This document shows positions 7,757 through 16,159 of a stretch of 64,000 bases of DNA, in pieces; position 1 is the stretch's first letter, and every line of letters begins with the position of its first letter. The position numbers and the translations under genes are program-made. The stretch lies in sequence record ON568341.1; one strand, written 5' to 3'. The DNA is from Escherichia phage UE-S1. The notes below the pieces were generated by a model. It was not told the DNA's origin and made no database searches. It saw nothing but the letters and a program-made list of their open reading frames with translations.

Positions 7757-8014
7757 ATGGATCAATTCACACAATATCGGGTAAATCCTCAAGCTATGGC
7801 CTACGTAGAAGACCATAAAACGTTACCAGTACTGCAACCAGTTAAAGGCCGTATCTATCGTGGCCTTGCCTGGGATACGGCCCAGGATGGATATAAAACC
7901 GTCGCCGTGGGTATGTATTGCGGTGATGGTGAATGGTTTGATCCAAATAATCCGGTATCCATTGACAGTACTGAAAAAATGAAATGGGCCGACTACATCG
8001 AAGATATTTCATAA
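7757..8014 (+). CDS. hypothetical protein (85 aa)
   Basis: promoter and RBS upstream. Confidence 0.6.
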   Translation: MDQFTQYRVNPQAMAYVEDHKTLPVLQPVKGRIYRGLAWDTAQDGYKTVAVGMYCGDGEWFDPNNPVSIDSTEKMKWADYIEDIS

Positions 8015-8021
8015 AAACTAT

Positions 8022-8049
8022 TTGACAGTACTAACCAGTAATGTATAAT
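8022..8049 (+). promoter_or_regulatory. sigma70-type promoter (TTGACA-16-TATAAT)
   Basis: TTGACA 8022-8027, TATAAT 8044-8049. Confidence 0.55.
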
Positions 8050-8104
8050 GTTTTACATAGAGCGGGGGAATAGTTCTCCCGCCAATAGTTTGGAGTAAAA
8101 CATT

Positions 8105-8305
8105 ATGTCTATCGCTATCGCCCTGGTTGAAGTACTGAAAGAAGCTAAAGCCAACCTTATCGACGTAAAGATCCAGGAACTACAAAACGGCTTAATCGGC
8201 TGTACTTGTACCGCTGGTGGAGCGGCAGACTATCGAGAACACGAATCACTCGAATCACTGGTTCGGTATCTTACCATGATCGTTGATGATTGGAGAATCA
8301 TCTAA
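8105..8305 (+). CDS. hypothetical protein (66 aa)
   Basis: promoter, hairpin, RBS. Confidence 0.55.
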   Translation: MSIAIALVEVLKEAKANLIDVKIQELQNGLIGCTCTAGGAADYREHESLESLVRYLTMIVDDWRII

Positions 8306-8318
8306 CAAAAAAGAATAA

Positions 8319-8359
8319 AAAAAGGGATTGACTCCGGTCAGTCCCTTTGCTATTATATA
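8319..8359 (+). promoter_or_regulatory. repeated promoter-like dyad element, copy 3
   Basis: TTGACT 8328-8333, TATTAT 8351-8356. Confidence 0.55.
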
Positions 8360-8468
8360 CGCATAGACAAAAACTAGCCCACAGGGTGCATAGGTGTATC
8401 CAAAATATATAGTTAATAACGGTGAGTAACTATCTGCTGGTGGAACTAAAACTATTAATAAAAAAGTA

Positions 8469-8497
8469 TTGACAAAGTATATCAGTACTGCAATAAT
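8469..8497 (+). promoter_or_regulatory. sigma70-type promoter (TTGACA-17-AATAAT)
   Basis: TTGACA 8469-8474; weaker -10. Confidence 0.45.
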
Positions 8498-8550
8498 GTA
8501 TCTCGTAGGGCGGCAATGGTGCGACGGCCCACAAAGTTAGGAGATTCACC

Positions 8551-8883
8551 ATGAGTACTTCAATCGCTATCGTTAAAGCTTTCATCCGTACTAATGTTTC
8601 CTCTGTATTCATCGACGGCCTCGACCGTAACGTAGAATACTCAATCATTATCGCACAAACGGCAAACGGTTCTCGGTACATCCTGAATGATAGTGAAGCA
8701 AATCACTACTACTTCACTAAAGCCACTGGCTTTAAACGCATCGATGCTGATGTAGTATACGCTAAGATGAATAAGCTGGTAGACAAGATTAACGCGAAAG
8801 GTACTATCGATTTACAGTACTGGACCGAAACCGATCCAGAATATGGATCTCACCGCTACCTGAATCCAGGTATCAAAATGTAA
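8551..8883 (+). CDS. hypothetical protein (110 aa)
   Basis: RBS AGGAGA upstream. Confidence 0.6.
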   Translation: MSTSIAIVKAFIRTNVSSVFIDGLDRNVEYSIIIAQTANGSRYILNDSEANHYYFTKATGFKRIDADVVYAKMNKLVDKINAKGTIDLQYWTETDPEYGSHRYLNPGIKM

Positions 8884-8890
8884 AAAGTAC

Positions 8891-8918
8891 TTGCATAGTA
8901 CTTAGATTCATGTATAAT
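8891..8918 (+). promoter_or_regulatory. sigma70-type promoter (TTGCAT-16-TATAAT)
   Basis: TTGCAT 8891-8896, TATAAT 8913-8918. Confidence 0.5.
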
Positions 8919-8972
8919 GTTTTACATAGAGAGGGGGAAATGGTTCTCCCTCCTAAATTAAGGAGTTTTATC

Positions 8973-9374
8973 ATGACCTTCTCAATCACTTCCTTCGCTG
9001 ACGTTTTAGTACTGGCCCGGACTTTTGGTAAAGCTGGCCTTGAGCACGCTGTAAGTAATGGTCATATGCACCCTGAATATTGCCGCATCATCGGTAGCTG
9101 CAAACGTTGGGCCGTGTCCCGTAACATTGAGATTGAAAACTTCAATGACGGCAACAACGAATATACAGTTGATGCAGTATTCGAAGCCGTTGATCTCGGC
9201 GGTATCTATAACACTAACCTGAATGATGTGCGTATCGTTCGCACGGGGTTCGGTGCTTATGATGTATCTATCCGTGAAGCTATGGACAAGGGATACATTA
9301 GCAAGGACCAGTTAGCTTACATCATGCAGCAAACTAAGGAACGTAACGAAGCACGTACTATCTTAGGGTTGTAA
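8973..9374 (+). CDS. hypothetical protein (133 aa)
   Basis: ATG 8973 after AAGGAG RBS; track start 8910 lies in the promoter. Confidence 0.6.
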   Translation: MTFSITSFADVLVLARTFGKAGLEHAVSNGHMHPEYCRIIGSCKRWAVSRNIEIENFNDGNNEYTVDAVFEAVDLGGIYNTNLNDVRIVRTGFGAYDVSIREAMDKGYISKDQLAYIMQQTKERNEARTILGL

Positions 9375-9442
9375 GCGTTACACATCACCAAACATCATAG
9401 GCCGCCTTGTAGCGGCCTTAACTATATCAGGAGTTCATACAC

Positions 9443-9652
9443 ATGAACTATACAGTATACAGCGTTCTAGGCACTATTGCAGGCGTACATGATAACGTCG
9501 ATGGTGCTATGCGTACAGTACTGCAACAGGTTCCACTAAAGCCTAAGACCATTAAGCAGATGACAGCACGACTAACCAGGGCGACGGCTGGCGTGGAAGT
9601 ATGGCAGGACTATGGGGATACACAGATAATCGTAAGCGTAACGAAGGATTAA
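9443..9652 (+). CDS. hypothetical protein (69 aa)
   Basis: RBS CAGGAG upstream. Confidence 0.55.
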   Translation: MNYTVYSVLGTIAGVHDNVDGAMRTVLQQVPLKPKTIKQMTARLTRATAGVEVWQDYGDTQIIVSVTKD

Positions 9653-9680
9653 TGCGTAAAAGGATTTAGTACTGATTCAG

Positions 9681-9747
9681 AAAAAAGTCAAGGCGTTTTT
9701 TAAATTATGCGTTAAAAAAATGCATAGGTAATCCCTTGACTTTTTTG
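9681..9747. promoter_or_regulatory. long inverted repeat at module boundary (13-bp arms AAAAAAGTCAAGG / CCTTGACTTTTTT)
   Basis: perfect arms ~40 bp apart, T-run after right arm; possible terminator of early unit. Confidence 0.4.
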
Positions 9748-9843
9748 AAATAAAAGGGATTGGACTATGGCAAAATGCGTAGGGGGCTAAAGGGCGGGTA
9801 ACCTTAGCGACTTCGTTAAAGGGGTATTACGAATAAAATGTTA

Positions 9844-9871
9844 TTGACTTTTTATATAAATCGTATAAAAT
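9844..9871 (+). promoter_or_regulatory. sigma70-type promoter (TTGACT-16-TAAAAT) for FamA array
   Basis: TTGACT 9844-9849; only clear promoter before a 6-kb run of overlapping genes. Confidence 0.45.
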
Positions 9872-9901
9872 ATGATTGATAATAATTTTAAGGGAGTCCC
9901 T

Positions 9902-10099
9902 GTGCGTATTTTAACTCAAGCAGAACACCACGAAAGACTTATCAATAACATGGCTATGATAATGTATAAGTCCCATGACCGTGGTATTGCATATAAGCGT
10001 GAATTAGTACTGGAACTATTCATTGGGACTAACTATCAGGAAAGGTATGTCAACGATTGGATTTGGTATTTAATTGAAGATATAACGAGTAAACTATGA
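9902..10099 (+). CDS. FamA small paralog (LGTNYQE family)
   Basis: GTG 9902 after AAGGGAG RBS (track ATG 9872 sits inside promoter); motif FIGTNYQERYV. Confidence 0.6.
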   Translation: MRILTQAEHHERLINNMAMIMYKSHDRGIAYKRELVLELFIGTNYQERYVNDWIWYLIEDITSKL

Positions 10100-10290
10100 T
10101 AATTTTAACTAAAGAAGAATATCAATCACTGTTACGTAAAAACTACGTAAAGATTTACAATACAGCCACACACGTAGAACGAATGGAGTTATACCTTTTG
10201 ATTACATTGGGAACTAACTATCAGGAAAGATGGGTGATTCAATATATGGATACATTGAAAAATAAAATATTGTCCACGAGGAAACAATGA
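10096..10290 (+). CDS. FamA small paralog
   Basis: motif LGTNYQERWV; 4-nt overlaps. Confidence 0.65.
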   Translation: MIILTKEEYQSLLRKNYVKIYNTATHVERMELYLLITLGTNYQERWVIQYMDTLKNKILSTRKQ

Positions 10291-10496
10291 AAATCATAAC
10301 ACACAGACAAGCATTGAGTCGTATGGTGAAGTATCTTGAATTGATGGTGTCTATACCAAAGAGCTTACCAAAAACTGAAAGAGAGATACATTCAGCAGAG
10401 TATCGTCTATTAGCAGTACTGAATACTAACTACCAAGATGAATATGTTGACGATTGGATTCTATCATTAATAGAAGATATAAAGAGTAAACTATGA
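10287..10496 (+). CDS. FamA small paralog
   Basis: motif LNTNYQDEYV. Confidence 0.65.
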   Translation: MKIITHRQALSRMVKYLELMVSIPKSLPKTEREIHSAEYRLLAVLNTNYQDEYVDDWILSLIEDIKSKL

Positions 10497-10708
10497 ATAT
10501 CATTGCGAACTCACATCAATATACCGAACGCGTCGCTGCCAGACAACTTGAAATCCTCATAATATACGAAGAAACTTCTGATTTAAACTTAGCTGAGGTA
10601 TTGGAAAATGAAATACTTTTGGGTGCATTCTTGGGAACAGACTATCAGGAGTATTATGAGGAAAAGTATTTGTCATCTCTTGAGAAATACATCAGGAGTA
10701 AACAATGA
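10493..10708 (+). CDS. FamA small paralog
   Basis: motif LGTDYQEYYE. Confidence 0.65.
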   Translation: MNIIANSHQYTERVAARQLEILIIYEETSDLNLAEVLENEILLGAFLGTDYQEYYEEKYLSSLEKYIRSKQ

Positions 10709-10932
10709 AACATTTAAGTATAAGAGAGAAGAATAAAATTATCATCAATGTCATGAACCGATATAATCAACTATTGGATAGAGAATACTCAAGTTCATAT
10801 GTGCACAGGATAAACACTACGGATGTACGCATGATGGCTGTACTGGGGACAAACTATCAGGAAAGTTATGTTCATGAGCACATAGTTGCACTCACTAATT
10901 ACATAATGGACAAATGTAATGAACATCATTAA
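10705..10932 (+). CDS. FamA small paralog
   Basis: motif LGTNYQESYV. Confidence 0.65.
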   Translation: MKHLSIREKNKIIINVMNRYNQLLDREYSSSYVHRINTTDVRMMAVLGTNYQESYVHEHIVALTNYIMDKCNEHH

Positions 10933-11143
10933 TAACTTTGAATACGAGGCCCGTGTTAAGAGTGCCAGAGAAAAAGAGAACACCATTTACTTCACTATGA
11001 TGTACTTACAATGGACTGAAATTGAAGAAAAGGTTGCTGAAGTATGGATGTTGGAATTCATGGGGACGCAGTATCAGAATATGTTTGCGGGTGAGTATAT
11101 CAATGTTCTTATGAAACAAATAGAAAGGAAGGAAAAGAACTAA
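10919..11143 (+). CDS. FamA small paralog
   Basis: motif MGTQYQNMF. Confidence 0.6.
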   Translation: MNIINNFEYEARVKSAREKENTIYFTMMYLQWTEIEEKVAEVWMLEFMGTQYQNMFAGEYINVLMKQIERKEKN

Positions 11144-11232
11144 TGGAGGGATGCTGTACTTTATTTGAACTTTTATATATTCATGAACACATAGTTGCCC
11201 TCACAAATCTAATAAAGGATAAATGTAAATGA
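11143..11232 (+). pseudogene. truncated FamA paralog remnant (29 codons)
   Basis: encodes MEGCCTLFELLYIHEHIVALTNLIKDKCK; 3-prime part matches C-terminus of gene 10705-10932 (HEHIVALTNYIMDKC); central motif deleted; start/stop overlaps retained. Confidence 0.4.
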
Positions 11233-11486
11233 AACACTTGACTGATGATGAACATGAAACTATAATTCGTAAACTAACCCCCATCACAAGGATAGTATAC
11301 GGTGATCCCAGCCTTACATGGAACCAAATGCAAGCTAAAGTTAATGAGCTATGGTTGCTGTACTTTATGGGGACTCAATATCAAGATAAGTTTTGCACAG
11401 AATATATCGAACAATTAACGAATGTTATACAGGATAAACTAAATGAACGAATTGTGGAAAAATATGAAAACTTTATCAAGCATTGA
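11229..11486 (+). CDS. FamA small paralog
   Basis: motif MGTQYQDKF. Confidence 0.6.
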   Translation: MKHLTDDEHETIIRKLTPITRIVYGDPSLTWNQMQAKVNELWLLYFMGTQYQDKFCTEYIEQLTNVIQDKLNERIVEKYENFIKH

Positions 11487-11715
11487 GTATCAGACTGCCC
11501 TCTTCTCTCTTCTAAATACCCTCCGCACGAACAATAAACTTTATAATTCCCGTGAAGCTGATATTGTCAACGCTGATGTATATCTTAATAAATTCATTGG
11601 GACTAACTATCAAGAACTGTTTGTTTTACGATATATCTCTGCACTAAGAAACGAAATATCAGATAAAACCCGACAAGCCAGAAGAGAATGGAAGAAACAA
11701 TGCGACACAGACTAA
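11443..11715 (+). CDS. FamA small paralog
   Basis: motif IGTNYQELFV. Confidence 0.6.
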   Translation: MNELWKNMKTLSSIEYQTALFSLLNTLRTNNKLYNSREADIVNADVYLNKFIGTNYQELFVLRYISALRNEISDKTRQARREWKKQCDTD

Positions 11716-11951
11716 ATCACAAAATGTATTGTAAACTATTACAGGAACTGACACAGAAACACTATAATACAATATCTTCCATATTACCCTATGATATCAT
11801 GCGTTTAATTCATAGTGAGGCAGAGATGTTAGTACTGATGACCGGTACTGATAAAATAGCAATCACCAGATCGATAGAGCAATATATTGATGCACACTGT
11901 CAATGTATTAGAACTGAGATATGGAGGCGAGTAAATGAAAGTACTGAATGA
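11688..11951 (+). CDS. FamA-like divergent paralog
   Basis: motif degenerate (MTGTDKIAI); same size and packing. Confidence 0.5.
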   Translation: MEETMRHRLNHKMYCKLLQELTQKHYNTISSILPYDIMRLIHSEAEMLVLMTGTDKIAITRSIEQYIDAHCQCIRTEIWRRVNESTE

Positions 11952-12150
11952 GTATCAGTATCATTGGAGGTTACAAACTATAAGAGGGAAAGTTGTTAGT
12001 ATTTCTTTAGACAAGTCTATTGCACAAGAGGACAAATGTGTTATAATAGCTGAAATGAAGTTGGGTGTATTTGTAGGAACAAACTATCAAAACATCTACA
12101 CTGACGTATTATTAAGTGCCTTACGCAACAAGGTGTTATCCAGAGAATGA
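11935..12150 (+). CDS. FamA small paralog
   Basis: motif VGTNYQNIYT. Confidence 0.65.
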   Translation: MKVLNEYQYHWRLQTIRGKVVSISLDKSIAQEDKCVIIAEMKLGVFVGTNYQNIYTDVLLSALRNKVLSRE

Positions 12151-12365
12151 GAAAATTAATAGGTTACGAATATGTTAAGCTTCTGAAAACCTGTAGTATT
12201 AGCAGGGTAAAGATTCAATCTGATAAGAGTATTCCTGTTGAACTAAAGTACGCAATGATGGCTGAACTTTATGTAGGTGCACTATTGGGGACAAACTATC
12301 AACAAATGTATGTAGACCTATGGGTTGACGCTCTACAGAAAGAGGTCCAAAGTAAATGCAAATGA
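12147..12365 (+). CDS. FamA small paralog
   Basis: motif LGTNYQQMYV. Confidence 0.65.
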   Translation: MRKLIGYEYVKLLKTCSISRVKIQSDKSIPVELKYAMMAELYVGALLGTNYQQMYVDLWVDALQKEVQSKCK

Positions 12366-12577
12366 TTCATTTATCTTACTATGAATATCAAAAACGTTTA
12401 AATGCATCAAGAGGTATAAGGATTCAAATCTTCAATAACAAAAGATTGAAATCTGAAGCCAAAAAAATCAAAATCATAGAAGCAGAGTTGTGCAACTTTC
12501 TAGGGACGAACTATCAGGAAGGTAAGATAAAAAACTATCTTAGAGAACTAATGATTAGTATCAAGAGTAAATGTTAG
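12356..12577 (+). CDS. FamA small paralog
   Basis: motif LGTNYQEGKI. Confidence 0.65.
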   Translation: MQMIHLSYYEYQKRLNASRGIRIQIFNNKRLKSEAKKIKIIEAELCNFLGTNYQEGKIKNYLRELMISIKSKC

Positions 12578-12581
12578 GCAG

Positions 12582-12839
12582 ATGTACATGAAAATGATTA
12601 AATTATCTCAAGCAAAATATAAAGAACGCCTGGAAAAAATTACACCTAAACTTAATGAAATCCATCACGGAGAAGTCATTAAACACGGAAATAAGATGAT
12701 TATGAAACTTGAGTTAAAGGTGGGTGCATTCATAGGAACAAACTATCAGGAGTATTATGTAGATGAATACATAATCGCACTTAAGAGATACATTGGAAGA
12801 AAACTATATCTACAAACTAAAGAATTGTATTGCAAATAA
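12582..12839 (+). CDS. FamA small paralog
   Basis: motif IGTNYQEYYV. Confidence 0.65.
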   Translation: MYMKMIKLSQAKYKERLEKITPKLNEIHHGEVIKHGNKMIMKLELKVGAFIGTNYQEYYVDEYIIALKRYIGRKLYLQTKELYCK

Positions 12840-12850
12840 ATGTGAGGTTG

Positions 12851-13120
12851 ATGAACATGCAAATGATTAATTTAAGTAAAGATGAATATACCGAGCGTAT
12901 GACAAAAATTACGCACAAACGTAATACAATCTATCACAACCCAGAAATTCAACACAGTAAGAAAATGATTATGATGCGTGAGTTAAAGATGGGTGTATTC
13001 TTAGGAACAAACTATCAAGATACAGAAGTAAATCGCTTAATCGCGGAGTTACTACTGGAAATCAGAGGTAAGCTGTACTTTCATCAAATGACCCAACCAC
13101 TGAGGTGTACTAAGAAATGA
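12851..13120 (+). CDS. FamA small paralog
   Basis: motif LGTNYQDTEV; start chosen downstream of previous stop. Confidence 0.6.
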   Translation: MNMQMINLSKDEYTERMTKITHKRNTIYHNPEIQHSKKMIMMRELKMGVFLGTNYQDTEVNRLIAELLLEIRGKLYFHQMTQPLRCTKK

Positions 13121-13332
13121 TCAACATCACATTGCAAGAAAGATTCATCCGAATCAACTATGCAATTACCAAATTAGATGCTACTATAGGATTCCAAAGT
13201 CTACCGTTCCAAACAAGAATGATATTAGAGTGCGAAGCTAAATTGGGTGTACTGTTAGGAACGCAACACCAACAACGATATGTGGAAATCTGGATTGATC
13301 TTTTAACCCAAAATGTACATGAGAAAATGTAA
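13117..13332 (+). CDS. FamA small paralog
   Basis: motif LGTQHQQRYV. Confidence 0.65.
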   Translation: MINITLQERFIRINYAITKLDATIGFQSLPFQTRMILECEAKLGVLLGTQHQQRYVEIWIDLLTQNVHEKM

Positions 13333-13569
13333 ATGAAAAATGAAATGATATACTTAACGAATGAAGAGTTTCAAGAGAAGATGTTAAAAATCTATGATAA
13401 TACTCTTGAGTACGTTCCAAATCAATCAATATATGAAGTGTCTGCGAATGTATTATTTCAGAAGCTACCATACGTTCTTGGTACTGATAAACAAGAATTT
13501 ATGGTCAAAAATATGATTGAACATCTTATGATGAGTATTAAGGAAAAAGTAAATGCAAAAACAAAATAA
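13333..13569 (+). CDS. FamA small paralog
   Basis: motif LGTDKQEFMV. Confidence 0.6.
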   Translation: MKNEMIYLTNEEFQEKMLKIYDNTLEYVPNQSIYEVSANVLFQKLPYVLGTDKQEFMVKNMIEHLMMSIKEKVNAKTK

Positions 13570-13570
13570 A

Positions 13571-13816
13571 ATGATATACTTAACACCTGCTGAGTTAACA
13601 GAAAGACTAGTTAAATCCAGAAGATATACAAATCAACTTCCTCACAACCCAAATCAAAGCCCAGCGGAAAGGAGTGCAGAAGTTTTATTCCAATCACTAC
13701 CATACCTTCTTGGAACTAATAGACAAGAGTATCATATCGAACGTATAATTAAATATCTTAAAATTACTATTAAGGAAAAGATACATGCTCAAGAATTTAA
13801 AAATCCTAACAGCTAA
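13571..13816 (+). CDS. FamA small paralog
   Basis: motif LGTNRQEYHI. Confidence 0.6.
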   Translation: MIYLTPAELTERLVKSRRYTNQLPHNPNQSPAERSAEVLFQSLPYLLGTNRQEYHIERIIKYLKITIKEKIHAQEFKNPNS

Positions 13817-14027
13817 TGAATATCATAAGATTGTAATGACGACTAATAGTGCAATTTCTAAAAAATCAAATCCCAAATACATACTGGAACACACATTTGA
13901 AGAACGACAATTAACTTTAGTTGAAGCAAAACTTCTTGCACTCCTAGGAACAAACTATCAAGAAGAGTACGTTAGAAAACTAATATACCTTTTAACTAAA
14001 CATATTAGAAAAAAGAAAAACGCATGA
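13785..14027 (+). CDS. FamA small paralog
   Basis: motif LGTNYQEEYV. Confidence 0.6.
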   Translation: MLKNLKILTANEYHKIVMTTNSAISKKSNPKYILEHTFEERQLTLVEAKLLALLGTNYQEEYVRKLIYLLTKHIRKKKNA

Positions 14028-14254
14028 AACACTTGACAGATGATGAACATGGGCTTATAGTAATGGATGTAATCAACATCGAATACAAAAAGTTGATACG
14101 CTACCGTTGTTATGAAGATAAGCAACTCGTTCTAGAAGAACAGAAGTTGTTTCGACTCTTAAACACAAACTACCAAGCACAATACGAAGAATCGTATATG
14201 TACCTTTTGGCGAGGAAAGCAAAAAGAGATTATGAAAATTTTAAGCGAAGGTGA
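14024..14254 (+). CDS. FamA small paralog
   Basis: motif LNTNYQAQYE; N-terminus MKHLTDDEH shared with gene 11229. Confidence 0.65.
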   Translation: MKHLTDDEHGLIVMDVINIEYKKLIRYRCYEDKQLVLEEQKLFRLLNTNYQAQYEESYMYLLARKAKRDYENFKRR

Positions 14255-14447
14255 TGCAGTAATATTACTTATCGAGAATTCACGTAAATTCGTAAACATA
14301 ACACTGTCTGATATAGATGAAGATGACAAAGAAGTACTGAGAGCAGATTTAAGAGTACTGTTACATCTCGGAACAAACCTACAAGAAAGATATGTAGAGT
14401 TCTACATTGATGAACTTAAAGAATCAGTACTGAAAAGATGCAAATGA
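14232..14447 (+). CDS. FamA small paralog
   Basis: motif LGTNLQERYV. Confidence 0.6.
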   Translation: MKILSEGDAVILLIENSRKFVNITLSDIDEDDKEVLRADLRVLLHLGTNLQERYVEFYIDELKESVLKRCK

Positions 14448-14665
14448 AAATCATTACTGACGAAGAATACCTAACAATCATAAATGGACTGTTTTTGAAG
14501 CTATATGCTATTAACATATCAAACCTACCAGATATGGATAAAATTATTAAGAGAAATGAAATCTATGTTCTAGCTACCCTGGGAACTAACTATCAAGAAT
14601 ACGATATTAATGATTATATTAAGACACTTAAACGAGCGATTGAACTAAAATGCCAAAACCACTAG
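14438..14665 (+). CDS. FamA small paralog
   Basis: motif LGTNYQEYDI. Confidence 0.65.
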   Translation: MQMKIITDEEYLTIINGLFLKLYAINISNLPDMDKIIKRNEIYVLATLGTNYQEYDINDYIKTLKRAIELKCQNH

Positions 14666-14865
14666 GAACAGCAGAATACATTGAACTCATGGGATTACAC
14701 TTCTCATCCTTTCAGAAACTTATGCGAGAATCAAAGAATGATTTAGAATATACCATCAGAGGTTCAGATTTAAGAATGCTTCTCACCCTAGACACAGATT
14801 CCCAAGAGCGATTTGTCAATGAGCACATTAGAGCACTTTTAATGGAAATTCAAAGTAAACTATGA
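14650..14865 (+). CDS. FamA small paralog
   Basis: motif LDTDSQERFV. Confidence 0.6.
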   Translation: MPKPLGTAEYIELMGLHFSSFQKLMRESKNDLEYTIRGSDLRMLLTLDTDSQERFVNEHIRALLMEIQSKL

Positions 14866-15077
14866 AGGAAATATCAAACCAAGAGTACTTGGCACTATTC
14901 AGAAAGAATAATCATAAATTTATGGCACTTGATACAAGAACTGATATAGGGGAACTTGAAAAAAATCTTTTGCGTTCAGAGATGATAGTACTGACACTTT
15001 TAGGAACACAGCATCAAGAGAGAACTGTTAATTCATATATTGAGATTCTTACGAAGCTTATACAGGAAAAACTATGA
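14862..15077 (+). CDS. FamA small paralog
   Basis: motif LGTQHQERTV. Confidence 0.65.
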   Translation: MKEISNQEYLALFRKNNHKFMALDTRTDIGELEKNLLRSEMIVLTLLGTQHQERTVNSYIEILTKLIQEKL

Positions 15078-15295
15078 GAATCATAACACAAACAGACATA
15101 TTTAAGTTAGCAAGAGAACATACATCTGAAATTGATGCTATAGTATCAAAAAGTTACAATGACCCTTATACACAAGATGTACACTACAATGAATTATGGG
15201 TGTATATACTTTTAGGTACAAATTATCAAGAGCAAGCAGTACAGAAGTATTTGACAGCCTTAAGTACTGCTATTGCTAATGGAATAGGTGTTTAA
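15074..15295 (+). CDS. FamA small paralog
   Basis: motif LGTNYQEQAV. Confidence 0.65.
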   Translation: MRIITQTDIFKLAREHTSEIDAIVSKSYNDPYTQDVHYNELWVYILLGTNYQEQAVQKYLTALSTAIANGIGV

Positions 15296-15539
15296 AATGC
15301 TAGTACTGACAGAACTAGAAATGTATCATAGATTTAACAAGTACTATCATTTACTTAAGCCTATACAGAGGATTAAATGTCCATTTGAAGAGAAACAGGT
15401 ATTAATTTATGAGCATAAGTTATTTGTATCATTAGGTACGAATGAACAAGAGTATTATTTGAAGTTGTACTTAATTACTTTAATTGAATTGATTAATCAC
15501 AAAACTCAGAAAGCTAAGAAATCTAAAAATGAAAACTAA
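15288..15539 (+). CDS. FamA small paralog
   Basis: motif LGTNEQEYYL. Confidence 0.6.
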   Translation: MFKMLVLTELEMYHRFNKYYHLLKPIQRIKCPFEEKQVLIYEHKLFVSLGTNEQEYYLKLYLITLIELINHKTQKAKKSKNEN

Positions 15540-15867
15540 TATTCAACTCAAGGTATACATATCTTATGAATCTATATACATCAAATGCAGTCTATGTAAA
15601 GATGTAATGGATTATAAAGGTAAGCCATTCACAATTACTTACAGTCTAACAGGAGGTTTTTATATATCTTTTGTTGATTACGAAAATAAAATATACAAGC
15701 ACATTGATATTAAAGATTTAAGTACCTTGTCAGATGAGGAATACTTTCAAGAATCATTAGTATGGGATTTAGAGTTTCCTATGACATTAGTACACAAAAT
15801 GATAGTTCTAATGAAAGAAACTAAACCTGAGCCGAGTGGTTATGAAGAATTCATTATTGAGTATTAA
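15529..15867 (+). CDS. FamB paralog (FQ-S motif family)
   Basis: motif SDEEYFQESLVWD. Confidence 0.6.
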   Translation: MKTNIQLKVYISYESIYIKCSLCKDVMDYKGKPFTITYSLTGGFYISFVDYENKIYKHIDIKDLSTLSDEEYFQESLVWDLEFPMTLVHKMIVLMKETKPEPSGYEEFIIEY

Positions 15868-15879
15868 GAGTACTGATAT

Positions 15880-16095
15880 ATGAAAATATTATCATACAAA
15901 GATTATAGTAAGCTTATCAGTGCTTTGCAACCAGAAATTAGGAGAATTAATTCTCTTCCTGTATCTAATGCAGAATGTACAGTACTGAAAAAAGAGTTAA
16001 TATTAAAACGCACAGTAGGTACTAACTATCAGGATAATAGTGTTCGAGATTTAATTAGAGGGTTAATGAACACAATAAAGGCCAAGTGCCATTGA
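15880..16095 (+). CDS. FamA small paralog
   Basis: motif VGTNYQDNSV. Confidence 0.6.
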   Translation: MKILSYKDYSKLISALQPEIRRINSLPVSNAECTVLKKELILKRTVGTNYQDNSVRDLIRGLMNTIKAKCH

Positions 16096-16101
16096 CAGTA
16101 C

Positions 16102-16130
16102 TTGACGGAGCTTTTCATTACTGATATAGT
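16102..16130 (+). promoter_or_regulatory. sigma70-type promoter (TTGACG-17-TATAGT)
   Basis: TTGACG 16102-16107, TATAGT 16125-16130. Confidence 0.45.
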
Positions 16131-16159
16131 ACACAAACGTTAATCATAGGGTAGAAATT

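Noticed and set aside
9872-16100. Regularly spaced ~210-bp repeats that might suggest a CRISPR or satellite array
   Set aside because: The periodic units are protein-coding paralogs with conserved amino-acid motifs and variable DNA; there are no short identical direct repeats with unique spacers.
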